DNA of 62,562 nucleotides, the filler included, from Rhabdomonas costata (lineage: Eukaryota), in the NCBI GenBank assembly GCA_019059605.1. It is 26 parts of 26 records of this genome, joined end to end, with 100 filler letters (N's around TTAATTAATTAA, not from the genome) between each part and the next. Parts side by side here need not be neighbours in the genome. Positions count along the whole stretch, not along the records: positions 12,044 to 14,351 come from JAHMHO010004128.1; positions 14,452 to 16,759 come from JAHMHO010004129.1; positions 16,860 to 19,167 come from JAHMHO010004130.1; positions 19,268 to 21,574 come from JAHMHO010004131.1; positions 21,675 to 23,982 come from JAHMHO010004132.1; positions 24,083 to 26,389 come from JAHMHO010004133.1; 20 more parts are not named here. One strand, 5' to 3'. The position numbers were made by a program, and so were the translations under genes. The notes under the pieces were generated by a model. It was given only the letters and a program-made list of their open reading frames with translations, did not search any database and was not told where the DNA came from. Shown here piece after piece: positions 13,126 to 25,800 of this stretch (within the stretch, counting starts at the first letter, position 1; each line of letters starts with the position of its first letter).

Positions 13126-14129
13126 CCAACCTCAGCTCGTTGATCTGCGGTGGCAGCAACATAATCTGTCCCGCTGGCCATCTCCCGAAGGCCCTGAACA
13201 CCGTGTGCTCCGTCTCTGGCTGCACCCAGGGCGACTGTTGTGACGGTAGGAAACTCTCGTGTGTGTGTGTCTGTGTGTGTGTGTGTGTGCGGTTAGCTTT
13301 CGCCGTTTCCACTTTGAATCTTGTGTGTGCTGCTCCCAAACTTTTCACCAGTTACTTGGGTTAGATTTGTGGTTGGTTGAGCTTTGGGTAACTGGGACAG
13401 TGTTTTTGTTTGTATACGTTTGTACATGGCGCGGGTCATGTCAAAAGTGTAGCTTCGCAAACCCTCGCTCTGCTGCATTCGAACAGGAAAAGTGTCTTGC
13501 CGTGTGTTTTCGACAGTGCGCTGTGGGATTCGACATGCACAAGCAGCAATCACGACATTCAGAGGCAGCAAGACAGCACGTATTGCACAACATTTTTTCA
13601 TGGAAAATATCGCCTGTAAGGTAAAATGCCTCCTTTACATGCCGTCTCAAAAACAAGAAAACGGAAGAGAAAGGAAGAAATGGAAAGAGTTGTTGAAATT
13701 GCGTTGTGCTCCGAGGATGGCAAGAGAGGGGGTATTGAGGAAGGCATTGCCCGGCCCGAAAAGCTTTCCGGCCTCATGTCATAAAAGCACTTCTCGCTGG
13801 CTTAACGTCTAACGTCTTTGGAGATGCAAACCCGGATGTCTCAGGGCGGTACCTGGGCTGCTTCCGTGACCTGGGGATGCAGCACGGGGTGTTCCCCAGC
13901 GGCCGCGACTTCGCATACTTCGAGACTTGGGCGGACTCCACTCCAGCACAGTGCGTACCCTTGTGCAGGGCGCGAGGCTTTCGGTACGCTGCGGTGAGCT
14001 CCGACTTGTGCTTCTGCGGGGCGGCCTATGGGAAGTTCGGCGAGGCAGAGGAGAGCGAGTGCGGCACCCCTTGCCGTAAGGACGAATCGCAGAGCTGTGG
14101 GGGACAGGCTGCTAACGCAGTGTACCTTG
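13126..14129 (+). CDS. Extracellular protein with a Cys-rich module and a WSC domain, partial
   Basis: Phase-1 exons 13126-13245 (ICPAGHLPKALNTVCSVSGCTQGDCCD) and 13845-14129 (RYLGCFRD...TPAQCVPLCRARGFRYAAV...CFCG...SECGTPC..DESQSCGG...NAVY) match the WSC consensus. Confidence 0.9.
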
Positions 14130-14267
14130 GTATTCTCTCTCTCTCTCTCACTCACACGGCGAGAAGCGCCAAAGCATCGCGCTGCAATTCTCTTGCTTGA
14201 ACCGCTTTGTCCCAACAGGTACCCGGCCCTTCGTTGGGGCTTTGGTTAGGTTATTCTTGGTCCACGT

Positions 14268-14332
14268 GCAAACAGCAAACAGTAAACCGCAAACCGCAAA
14301 CCGCAAACAGCAAACAGCAAACAGTAAACAGC
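14268..14332 (+). repeat. 7-mer tandem repeat (GCAAACA/GCAAACC/GTAAACA)
   Basis: About 9 degenerate units seen directly, in an intron. Confidence 0.9.
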
Positions 14333-17300
14333 ACGTATGGAACACAAACACNNNNNNNNNNNNNNNNNNNNNNNNNNNNNNNNNNNNNNNNNNNNTTAAT
14401 TAATTAANNNNNNNNNNNNNNNNNNNNNNNNNNNNNNNNNNNNNNNNNNNNGTTGTTTGTAATAAACTGATGGCATAGAGTGTAGAATAAGTTATTAATG
14501 GATGTTTCTGAAAGCAAAGCGTAAGGAGTGGTAACACTGAAACACTTTGCAACGTGCAGTGTTAAGAGTGTAGCGGTAATATGAAAAATAGCTACGCTAT
14601 TAAAAGGGCATATATTATTCAGTCGACACCATGATTCCAGACCGAGTGTAAATTCATCTAAAAACTTTCAAATAGAATAGCACACCTGTCTTAATAACAA
14701 ATGCTACATTAAGTACGTAAATAAATGGCAAAATATTAAGCAAAGAGGCAAAATAGATGTTTAGAATTTAAAATAGAGGTTTTGAGCAAAATAAATGGAA
14801 AATAGTCAGACGTATCATAACATTCAGAACTAAAGTCTTGTACTAAAATTAGATCTATAAAGTCGCAACCTGATGGAAAATAACGCTCTAATGAGACTTA
14901 CTTTTCGGCAATCTGATAATATCATGTGTGCAAATTTTGATAAAAAGCAGAAACGTTTGAAATTGTGGTACAATAGAACACAATTATGATTGCTTTGAGG
15001 CGTTTGGATCGAATGTAGCAAAGCAATACAGTTTCTGATAAGAAATTGATGATTTGCAGTAGTTATTTTAGCTAAAACTGTGGTCATGGTAGTTTGTTTT
15101 GTTTTGTGATGATAGCGCAGTACGTTTTGTTGTATGTTTTTGTGTTTCTACCAAGAGGTTTTTTTGAATTTTTATTTTTGATTTATATTTGGCAATGCCT
15201 CCACACAAACATCTCTCAAATTTGAGACTTGGTAGGTTTTTTGTGGTTTTTAAAGTGCAGTGTTTACTGTTGACAAAAATTTATACTTGTGCCATTATTC
15301 TTACTTTGATCTGAACACGGCCATACAATTAAATTCTCACAAAAACATACCACCACTACGCACAACCACTGATAACGCGCAAATATATTCACAATATCAC
15401 AAAATTTTGTTTGTAAATTTGCCATGTAATTTATCTTCTCATTAGCTTATTCTGGCATTTATAAACTTGCAAAATAAAAACTCAAGACAAATGTAACCAT
15501 GTCCACCTACAGTGAGCGCACAACACTGGAAGGACTTCATTTTAGAACAATACGAGATACACTTGAAACTTTAATATTGCATTGATATTTTTAGAAGTGT
15601 ATTTATTACTTACAATACAAAAACCCACAGTACTTGACCTTATGGGAATTGAGCGGAAGAGATGCGATGCTAGTGTACCGAAAGAAGAGGTTCATACAGA
15701 ACACAAAAGGGGGTCTGTAAGAATTGAGATGTGGCTTGTTGTTCAGAGGTAAAATAGCAGTTATTATTTTTTCCTCGTGTTGCTTTTCACGCTTGAACGG
15801 TTGAATTGAGGTTCTTTTTTGTCACCTTTTGTGACCAAACACGCATTTGTAAATTATCCATTCTCTTGTATACCACTCGCAAATACTAAACATGTGCTTC
15901 TTGCGTGTGCATCATCATTGTACGTTTCCGCATCTTCCAGCATGTCATACATAAATAAGTGGCGTACATAAACTTTCTTGGTACACAGCAGAATGCTAAA
16001 CAAGAATTTGGTGCAGTCAGCACTCCATATTTGATAAAACGATTTCCAATTCTCATCAGCAGACACATCCTCGTCTATGCTTCAGACACTCGCAGCAGAT
16101 TCCATGGAGTGTGACATGTTACAAGATGCGCATGAGCACGCTTGAACGGAGAGCTCGTAAACTGGCAATTTTGAATTGCTTGCAGAGTGTTTGAGGTAGG
16201 CAGCGTGGTGCGAATTATGGTGCGACTGCCATACAGAGGCTGCCATAAGTCACAGAGATAAGCGTTGTAGCCTCCATCCATGAGTTCTACTCAAGGTTGT
16301 GGTTGTCTACGAGCGAGTCCCCATCCCCTGCCTCCAGTATTTTTTGTTGTTTTCTAACTCTTTGCCTTGAAATAGCTGAGACTCCAGACAAGTACGGGAT
16401 GTTCCCAGAGGGCCTCGGAGGGTTTGTGTGGGCGTTTATTGGAGTGTACTCCTTTGTAGTTGCTTCTTTCTTCATTCATTGACTTCTTGAAAGCTTCTGT
16501 TATTCCCCCCTTCAAACTGTACTTTTTTTGCGCACGCACGTTCTCTTTTTCACTTCAGCGGCGCTGTGGAAATTTGTCGTTGACCACCGGTCCGTGCATA
16601 GTTTGCTCATAGGATTACCTAGTGCTACTTTTTGCTGAGCTTCTTCTCCTTATAAGTGTTGTTTGTAACATTGCAAAGAAAGTTGGATGAGAAATGAGTG
16701 GTGTATGGCTTTGGTTTCATAAAGTCACTGGTGTTTTTTCAATAGCTCCAACCACCCACNNNNNNNNNNNNNNNNNNNNNNNNNNNNNNNNNNNNNNNNN
16801 NNNTTAATTAATTAANNNNNNNNNNNNNNNNNNNNNNNNNNNNNNNNNNNNNNNNNNNNGTTGGGTTTGAAGATGCACGCCTTTCTCATCGCCGGCGAAC
16901 ATTCCCTGCGGTGAGAAAGGCGTGCATCTTCAAACGCTGAAAAAACACCACCCTTGGTGCAGGTGGACAAATGCAGCCAATCTCTTATGCGCCAATTCGT
17001 ACACTCTGAGCACCCGAAAGATATATACGATCACCAGCATGCCGTGTGTATGTTCGTGACGCAAAAATAATTCTTGATCTACACAATGAGAAGCCCTATT
17101 GGCTCCATCTATGGCTCCTGTGATGATGCAGTGACTCCTTAGTTTGTTTGCCTTTAATTCAGATGGAATGGAATTGAGGGAATGGAAGAGCAGGAAGAAA
17201 GCACTCAATGGAAGGAGTGCGAGAGTGCTCAAAAAAGCAAGCAAGGAGAGCACTCAATGGGAGGAGTGCGGCCCCTTGAAAATCAGGAACTGGGAGAACG

Positions 17301-17470
17301 GGGGGCGTTTCCTGCACAAAGAGAGATGGGCGGAAGGGGGAATTCATTCACCCTTGGCAGGTTGCGCACCTGTCAGAATTATATGGTCTGAGTCACCCCA
17401 AACGTTAGAGGTGACAGTAGAACGTCCAAAATCAGCTTGAAAAACAAGCACATCCGATTCGCCCACTCGC

Positions 17471-17905
17471 TTGCTTCCACCGCCTCCAACGGGGACATCA
17501 GCTAACCCCGTGTCAGAGGACATGCAAATGTACTTTGCCCCTCGGTCAACCTACCGGATTCCGTTGCCTTCTTTTCAGCCAGTAGAGTATGTCAAGTCGC
17601 GCCCCCCATTTTCGATGTCGTTTGCCAAATTTTCTCCTCTGTTCCAGAACCTTGACCTTTTCGCTTCTGCAGCCCACCAGCAGCTTACAGCCTACTTTTC
17701 CTCTAATGAATACGACATGTGTATTACCGGATTCAATACTTTTAATTTCTACTGGGACCCTGACGTCGCTAATCCCCCATGGTCACCCATTCCCACGCCC
17801 GAGTGCTTCGTCAACCCAGATTGCCCTCGGGAGTCTTGGCGAAAGAACCTAGACGCTATCATGTTAAGCGTCAAATCTGGACCAAACCCCCGTCAGGCAA
17901 CCTAA
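17471..17905 (+). mobile_element. Remnant of a retroelement-type (DIRS/YR-like) N6-adenine methyltransferase domain
   Basis: Intronless ORF with LDLFAS..HQQL..YFS...GFNTFNFYW....ANPPW..I...V.P.CP..SW...L. This follows the DLFAS / AF...W / NPP order of the Dam-like domain of DIRS elements. Confidence 0.6.
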
Positions 17906-18445
17906 GATCACCACCCCGTTGGCACATTCTTTTCTCTCTTGTCGATGGTGCATTGTCTGAGAGCTTTTGATCGCTGTTGTTCACCTGTCATTTGTCATTA
18001 GAACCCCTCGAACTAACGACCCAACGACTTCATCGGGAAGCAGCTGCGAAACTCACCCTTCTCTCTCTTCTCGCAACTTACGGTTTTTTGGCTTGGTTTG
18101 CTAACGCTCGCAACCAATAAGTCAACCAATCACCTCCGTCGCCGTCAGTCAGTCCTGGAAAGTCCTACCGACCTAACGGAAAAAACCTCTGTTGTGTCCA
18201 GCCTGAGCCTCTTCTAAGTCCGAAAACGCCTGATTGAGTGAGTTGTGACTTTTTGGGGTGACCAGGACAATGTCTTGTTCGTACTCTTACACGGGGTAGA
18301 GAATTAGACTTGCAGGTTCTTCCAACAGCTGTGATGCTGCGATGCGCGTGGAAGACTCTGGAAACGCACAATTTATCGACCGTGCTGAAAAAGAAGACGT
18401 AAAGCACCCCATTCCCTCACCGCGCACAGGAACGGCGCCGGGAAC

Positions 18446-18805
18446 CTCGTAACGGTCGCCGTTGGAATAGATTTGGGTGCCCGCGCCCCAGCGGACGTCC
18501 TCCTTGAAGTACCCCTCGTAGCTTCCCCCATCGGCCTGCTCCAGCACACCCACCCCACACCGCTGCGAGCCCTGAAATTCCCCCTCGTAGACGTCCCCGT
18601 TGGGGTACCGCATCACTCCGCTGCCATGCATCGCGTCAAATTCAAAACGGCCCTCGTACTTGCGGCCGTCTGGAAGCAGCAGAGTGCCAAAGCCGTGCTT
18701 CAAGAGCTGGTCGGCGTACTTTTTCATGGGGTGAAGCCTGGTCTCCCCTGTGTACAGCCCATCGCTGGTGGGGTAGTTCTCTACAACTAAAGGGGTCGCT
18801 GCCAT
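18446..18805 (-). CDS. MORN-repeat protein, first exon
   Basis: Repeats YEGRFEFDAMHGSGVMRYPNGD, YEGEFQGSQRCGVG and YEGYFKEDVRWGAGTQIYSNGD. ATG at 18805, GT donor after RYE. Confidence 0.92.
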
Positions 18806-19381
18806 GTTGCACCCAGCAAAAGAAATGCGAACAAAGGCACAGAGAGAAAAGAGAAGTACTTGCCCTGTGATGGCAATGGTGAGGAACCTGACCTCACACG
18901 AAATGTGAACCACGTCAATTTTCCAAAAATTGAATGCCACCATATACCGATAATGCTCCAAGCTTCTCCGCACTTTATGGCACACTGCCCATCCCGAGCA
19001 AAACACAGTCCTCTGCACATCCCCACTGGAACTTCTATACAGCTACATCCCATCACCTTCTCGCACTTGCGTCATTAGAAGTGCAGTGTGTACTGACCAC
19101 AGAAGAAGTTAGACTTCCAAAGGTAATTTGGTCCTGGCAGCAGCCCAGAAAGTTGTCTGCGACTGACNNNNNNNNNNNNNNNNNNNNNNNNNNNNNNNNN
19201 NNNNNNNNNNNTTAATTAATTAANNNNNNNNNNNNNNNNNNNNNNNNNNNNNNNNNNNNNNNNNNNNGGTGGTTTTGTACTCACTTCTTCTTATCTTAGG
19301 CTTTTTGCGGTTGCTACTTTGCTGCTTCGGGGTGTTCGTTAGTTATTTTTCCGCCTCTGTCGCCGTGTTATTTGCGGGGAA

Positions 19382-20269
19382 ATGAGTGAAATCGAGGACA
19401 TCGTGAAGAGGATAAAGTATGGGGGCGGGGGCGCGTTATCCTGGTTTCCCTTTTTTTGCGTGCCTTTTGTGCGTTGTCGGTGGTGCTTTGTGTGAACTTG
19501 TTTTCGGTAACTTTGCGGCAGACAGTGACTTTCCCCACATTTCTTTTTCAAAATCTCGCCGCTGTGAGGGACACCGCACATATGATGAAGGGATGTCTCA
19601 TGAAATCCAGTAACAACAGGAGGTGTCAGTGTCTGTGTGACCTAATTATTATCGAATTTTCTCGTTGCTCGGTGTCGCCCTTTCTATGGAGAGTAGTGCA
19701 GATTTCCTCTCGTTTCCTCTCGTCATGTTAGATTCTCCGCTTGAGTAGATGTGCTGTACTCTCGTGTGGCCTTCAGTGCCCTTTATGCATTGCCCCAGTG
19801 TGCTCATCCCCCCTCCCCTCTTTTGGGCTAACTCCAACAATGGTTTAAAGTTGCTCATTATTGCAGATACTGTCGGGACAGAGGAGGCAAACGCCACAGA
19901 GCGTGGTTCTAGTTCTTTGGAGTCCCACTCACCGCGTGAGCTTTTTTTTTGGGGGGGGGGGTTATACCGCTGCCCCTTACCCTGTTCACGTTGCTCTGCA
20001 GCTCCCACAAGGGTGTTAAGGGGCTGATCATTGTGAACTCCGAGGGGATTCCCATCCGTGACACCTTTGACGAGCACGACCGCCTGCTGACCATCCAATA
20101 CACCGCCCTGATCACCCAGATGGTCGCCAAGGCCCGGATGGCAATCAAGGAGCTGGACAACACCAACGACCTCAGCTTCCTGAGGATCCGCAGCCGCAAG
20201 CATGAGATTCTGGTCGCCCCAGACAAGGACTACATCCTCATCGTGATTCAGGACCCTTGCTGCGACTAA
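19382..20269 (+). CDS. DYNLRB: Dynein light chain roadblock/LC7, complete two-exon gene
   Basis: Exons 19382-19416 and 20002-20269 (GT-AG, phase 2) give [33 protein letters not shown]...[31 protein letters not shown]. Confidence 0.96.
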
Positions 20270-21830
20270 GCCATAAGCACAAAGAGAGAGAAGGACGATC
20301 GGGATGATAAATGAGAAAGGCGGGAAGGAGGGTCCTCCACTTCTGTGGTGCCCTTCTTACTCAGGGCTTTCCATGATTGGGGAGAAGAGATGGCCTTCTC
20401 TGCCCTTTCTGTAATGGGGCCCATGCCCGCCCCCCGCCGTAGCAGGTGCTCATTGTTTGCTCTTTGTGGTTCCGCTGTGCTTTCGTGTCCTTTTTCACTT
20501 CACTCGTTTGTATTTGTGCTTCCCCTTGTGCACTGATTGGTGTGGTTGAATGTTTTGTGTTCATGAGCGCTACGTGTTTCAGCGAGCAGCCAGAAAAACG
20601 AAATTGTCTTTCCATGGTTTGCATAGTTTGCACCACTTTGAATAGATTAGCTAAATACAAAACGAGTAGCTAGTCGAAAACCCTGGGTAGGTCACTCATA
20701 AGCGCCACTCGTGTAAGTTGAAGAGAAAAGCGGTATCCCTGAGACTGCCGTATCTTTCCGAAATGTTCAGTCGAATCCGAAAAAAGTCCCACTGTCAGAA
20801 TTCAATCGGCCTCTTCAGTAGTTCAAATAGTCCTCTTCAGGGAAAGAGGGAAAGGGAATTCATCTCCTGTGCCCCACAAGGCGCTCCTGGGAATGGGAAT
20901 AGTTGTCTGCGTTGAAGCATGAACGTTGTCCCGACCGAGCCATTATCTCAGGCAATGTCTCGGCATCTGCTGTCCACTCTGGCCCTCATGACACTGGCTT
21001 CCCCTCCTAAAACTTGATTCCCGCCCGTCTGCAAAAGTCCAGAACACGGTAGTTTTGTCCCAGAAAAAGGATATGGCTTCTTCGCTTGCCCCTGTCGCCA
21101 GCAAGCGGCAAGTTACCGAGAACCCCCCTTTAGGCGAGCTACCACATGTTTAAACCTCTCATTTGGCCGAGTGCCAGATCAAAAAAAAAAAAGACTAGGG
21201 GTGACAGCCGAGCTGCGCCTTACTGGCTTGGGTGGTATCCTGAGCTCCAATCTCTTGAACTCAAACGGGTCCAGCCTGCCATGCCCAATCGTAGCAAATG
21301 GCCCAGGGTTACGGGGCGGACTAAATCACTCACTTGTTCCTGAATGTCCTGAATGTCCCCCTGAACGTCGAGACAGGCGTGAACGGATCTAAATTACTAC
21401 TCGTTTGATGCCTTACTGGAGATTCAGCCAAATGCCCTCATTCAGGGGATACTTAGCATCATCTACCAGGGCATCTACAAGTGCGCGAGTCGGGGAGGGA
21501 CCCGCGAGCGAGCAAAACCATAGGATAGGAGTCTCCCCACACGTCATAAAAATTTCCCCAACCGACCAAACACCNNNNNNNNNNNNNNNNNNNNNNNNNN
21601 NNNNNNNNNNNNNNNNNNTTAATTAATTAANNNNNNNNNNNNNNNNNNNNNNNNNNNNNNNNNNNNNNNNNNNNGGGTTGTCCTGCATTCTGCTTCTTCT
21701 TCCTTCTTCCGATAAAACTCTCCGCAAGTAAGTGCGCCGCTGCCCTGAAGCCGTTCTGAGGCGGCGGTGCCAATTATGTGTCTTTCTGGTGTTTGATCCG
21801 CTGTAACAATACCCTCCGTGCTGGGCGCAG

Positions 21831-23228
21831 GAAGCAAGAAGGCCTTCCGGGTGTTCCACTTCCTTGTGGTGGGGTTCCGCCCGGAGCGGTGGTTCTGGGA
21901 GACCGTTGTCATGATCCGGAAGATGGCCATGGTTCCCTCTCCTTGCTTTTGACGTACATACACTCCATTTCTCGCTTTTGTCGCTCGCAAGGGTTTCAGG
22001 GCGACGGCAAAATCCATCACTTCGGCTGTCGGTTGAGTCTTTGCAGCCCTCCTATCTTCGGTAGACGCACAGCAGGAGGGGAGGGGGTGGCTAGCGATGT
22101 TTTTGACTGTTTATAGGCACCCGGTTGGGTATCCCAGCAGAAGTTTTGCAGCGTGTGACGGGCGGTTCATGTTGGGGGTTCGTCAACTCGACCCAGCAAT
22201 GGCATACATGGAGTTTGGAGGCGGAGGAGGAGGAGCAGGTCTTTGGTGTTGAACCCCCTCCCCCCCATCCATCAGTCAGCCATCCATGACCTTAGACACT
22301 CGATCGTCGAACCACACTCAAGGGTGACGTCCACTCCACCCCACACCCCTCACTGCGTAGTCACGAACGTTTTTGGTCAAGTGGTCTCACCGCAGGGGGA
22401 AGAAGCGGAACCCAGATGCGACGTCGACAGATCAACTGTGAAGGGTGCCGGCGTCACTTGTGATACACACCCGCCGCCGAGCACGGCATCCTCTGCATAG
22501 GTTGTGGTGACGGGGTACCTTCCCAAGAGCTCTGTGCAGAACCTGCTGGCGGTGTGGGTGCTTGGCGCTGCGGTGATGGCGCACGCCCTGGCGGAGCCCT
22601 ACCAGTGGACCCCCCTGAATGTCCTGGAGCAGATGTCGCTGAGCACCCTGTTCATCACTCTGAACGCGATGCTCCTGTTCCCGTACCGCAACAGCTTCAG
22701 GTTGCGGCGAGCTTTCCCCACCCCGACATCCACTATTCTCTGGTGCCACCCTCACTCGTGGGTTATGCATGTATGTGTGTATGGCGGGGGGGGGGGTAAG
22801 TTCGTTAATCCGTTAATCTGTCCATAAACTCAGCTCAGAACTGTACCCCAACGTCTTTGCGTCGCAAATTATTGTTGTTGCTCATGGACTCTTTAGTTCG
22901 CGTAAACAGAGCAAATGCAAATCCACTGTGTAGGTGGAAGAGGGCTGAGCCGAAACAGACCTGACGTCTTTTGCATACAGCAGGCCATCCAAACACAAAC
23001 CTGCACAAAAAATCGCCACCTTTGGCGCACCACACTTTCTTTTTTCTGGCGTTTCCCTGTTTGTTTTTCAGTGAAATCTCCGGGAAGTCTGGGCTCTCGG
23101 ACCCGCTGTACTACGCCCTTGTCCTCTTCCTTGTGGTGATCAACGTGTTCTTCTTGTTAGTGCTGGCGTACTGGCTGATATGGGCGGTGAAGGAGAAGCT
23201 AAACGCGAAGTACGTCACCATTAACAAG
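21831..23228 (+). CDS. Multi-pass membrane protein with a TRP-C-like (protist/fungal) transmembrane domain, partial
   Basis: Exons 21831-21931 (FHFLVVGFRPERWFWETVVMIRKMAM), 22501-22700 (..EPYQWTPLNVLEQMSL..) and 23072-23228 join in frame. Confidence 0.75.
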
Positions 23229-24927
23229 GTCCTCTCGAACGTCGTTGTGTGCCGTGCGGGGTGTGGGTGCTTCTGTGCAGGACGAGGACTCAACACGGAT
23301 AACTAGGGAGCAGCGAGGTTTTGTGTGCATATGGCTACGCAGCTGCAGAAAGCCGACTGGTGGATGGGCTGATAGTCTATGGGCTGGGTGTAGGGGGGGC
23401 TTCTTTTTTCTCGAAAAAAGGCAATGGTGAGGTCACTTCTGGTACGGGTGGTTGCCTCGTTTACCGCTGCAAACGGTTTGTGACTCCCTGTGGCACTTCC
23501 AAAAACTGCACTGAGCAAAAACTGCACATCCCCCTCCTGGCAACCCAACTCTCGCTTCACAAATCGCGAGGTAGAACGGCTGCGTCGAGGAAGAAAAGCG
23601 ACCTTTGCCCCATGGACATGCTACCGGCGACTAGCGCGCAATCTTTTTTATTGTGCCCCTCTGCCACACGAGTTTCAGAGCTACCTTCAGGTCAAGCTAT
23701 GCCGCTCAGAAGGCGTTCGAAGCGAACCCGGTCGTCCTGCTGAAACGACGGATTTCCCCTTGTTTTTTCGTCATGGGTGCTACTATTTCTGAAATACACT
23801 GTCACTGGAGGGAAGTTTCACTTTCCATCTTAGAATTTGAAATTGAATGGCACAAGGGTCTTCTTGGGATCCTTTCTCGCTCGAATTCATGGTAATTTGG
23901 TCGCTGTCACCCCTAGGTGACGACCTCGGGTTGTCGCGAACCGGGGGCCTTTTTGTTTGATCTAAGCGAGCGGAGAAAACCCNNNNNNNNNNNNNNNNNN
24001 NNNNNNNNNNNNNNNNNNNNNNNNNNTTAATTAATTAANNNNNNNNNNNNNNNNNNNNNNNNNNNNNNNNNNNNNNNNNNNNTGGTGTGGGGGTGGCTGC
24101 CGCTGCGAATGGGTGGGCTGGTGCTGCCAATGGGATAAAGCGGGCTGAGCAAGGCTCTGAGGTGGCAGCGGAGACCACGAACTTGGATGGTTGTCACTAT
24201 GCGGTCCAGGGCCAGAAACCGCGGGGTAACTCTCCATCATTATTGCTCAAAACTCACAACAATTCACAAAGTGAATGGAGAATACAAAAGCATTCTGCAT
24301 GGCAAGGAGAATATTCTTCAGGGCCCATGGGAGGAATAGCAGGCAGCAAACCAACAAAGTCATTTTGCTTCGCCCTCTTTGCCTCATTTTGTAATTAAAA
24401 GAAACAAGAGCAAGAAACAAGAAACAAAATAGTCCGCCGAGGTATTTGGAAGCCCACGCAAATGCTGATGAAACCAAGCGGCTCCCACTCCATTTGCCGG
24501 GCATGCCCTCGATAGCAATATTGTTATTTCAAGGAGTTCTTATAACAGCCAAAGACCCCACAGGCACAGTTAAAAGCAAGCACCCAAAACCCCCATACGC
24601 AGAGCTGCAGAGTTGGATTTTTTATACAAAAAAATAACCCATTTCTAAACATTTTTGTGCCGTTGTTTGTCGAGACTTGTAGGCTTCTGCACCATGTAGA
24701 CTCAGATAGACCACAATTTCCCAACTTTTTTCTTTCCAAAACGCCTGAGTTCATTTTTTTTTACACATTTTTATGAAATTCTTTTTACGATAAAGAACGA
24801 TCCTGCAACGGGTACCCACCATCAGAACAGCCCATTGCTGGAAAAGAAAAGAAAAAATCACAACCTCATCGAATGCGTCAATGTATTCTCCCGAGTCATG
24901 CGTTCACGCAGGGCCCTTCTGTATCTT

Positions 24928-25800
24928 TTACACGGGCAATACAGGCCTGCGCTTGAATTCCCGCACCGCATGGCGCACCCTCTCGTTGGCCAGGGTCACG
25001 CCACGCAGAACCTCCTCAGCCTTTTCCGTTCGGCCTTCGCGGCGGTAGGCCTGGAACAGCGCTCCCGTAAGATCTGGGTCCGTGCAAAATACAACTCCGG
25101 GAAGGGCCCTGGCCCAGTGCCCGGGCGGCAGACCCTCCTGCCCGCCGGCCCCTGCGGCAGGGTCTGCCTCATTGGAGGCACGGGGAAGCTTCTCCTCCTC
25201 TGGCGCAGGCACAGATCCCTTCAGTGCGTCCAGCAGCGGTTCCGCAGAGTCCAGCAGCCGCTGGGAGATCAGCTCGTGGACAAGCTTTCGCACCATCGAG
25301 AGCCGGACGCCCTGCCAAAAGGTAGCCCAGGCCAAAGAGACTTTTAGCTATTGGGGACATTTTTAGCACAGGGCACAACCTCCCAGTAATACAGTACAAG
25401 AGCAGGGCACTGCTAAATTGCATATATTGGGGAAATTGCTGTGACAACGACAGGAGAGATGATGGGGCGGGGTGTCTGCTACAATGGGATGGTGTTCTAA
25501 AGAAGAAAAAATTCCTGGGGCATACCACATCAGCTCAGACAAGCGCAACTGCCGATGCCTGTGTTGAAGGAAAGACAGATGGTTCTCAGGGATCGGGTCG
25601 CCATTCAGACATCCTCAACGCAAAGAAGAGGACGGACAACTAACCACACAGGGAAACAAACCTGTCCCGCCGTGACCATTCGTATCGCGGCTTTCGCCGC
25701 AGCGTCCGGCCTACCCAGGTCAAGCTGCTGCTGCAAAATGGCATCCCAGGTCGCCGGAAGAAGAGGGCGTCCTATCGCCTGTCGGAGAGAAGGGGGGGCC
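24928..25800 (-). CDS. C-terminal exons of a helical-repeat (PPR-like) protein
   Basis: TWDAILQQQLDLGRPDAAAK and ALFQAYRREGRTEKAEEVL resemble PPR helices. Phase-0 GT-AG join AGQ|LKVSL. Confidence 0.5.

Noticed and set aside
25527-25559. Small AG/GT-bounded exon in the PPR-like gene
   Set aside because: Including it introduces a stop; the flanking exons join in frame without it.
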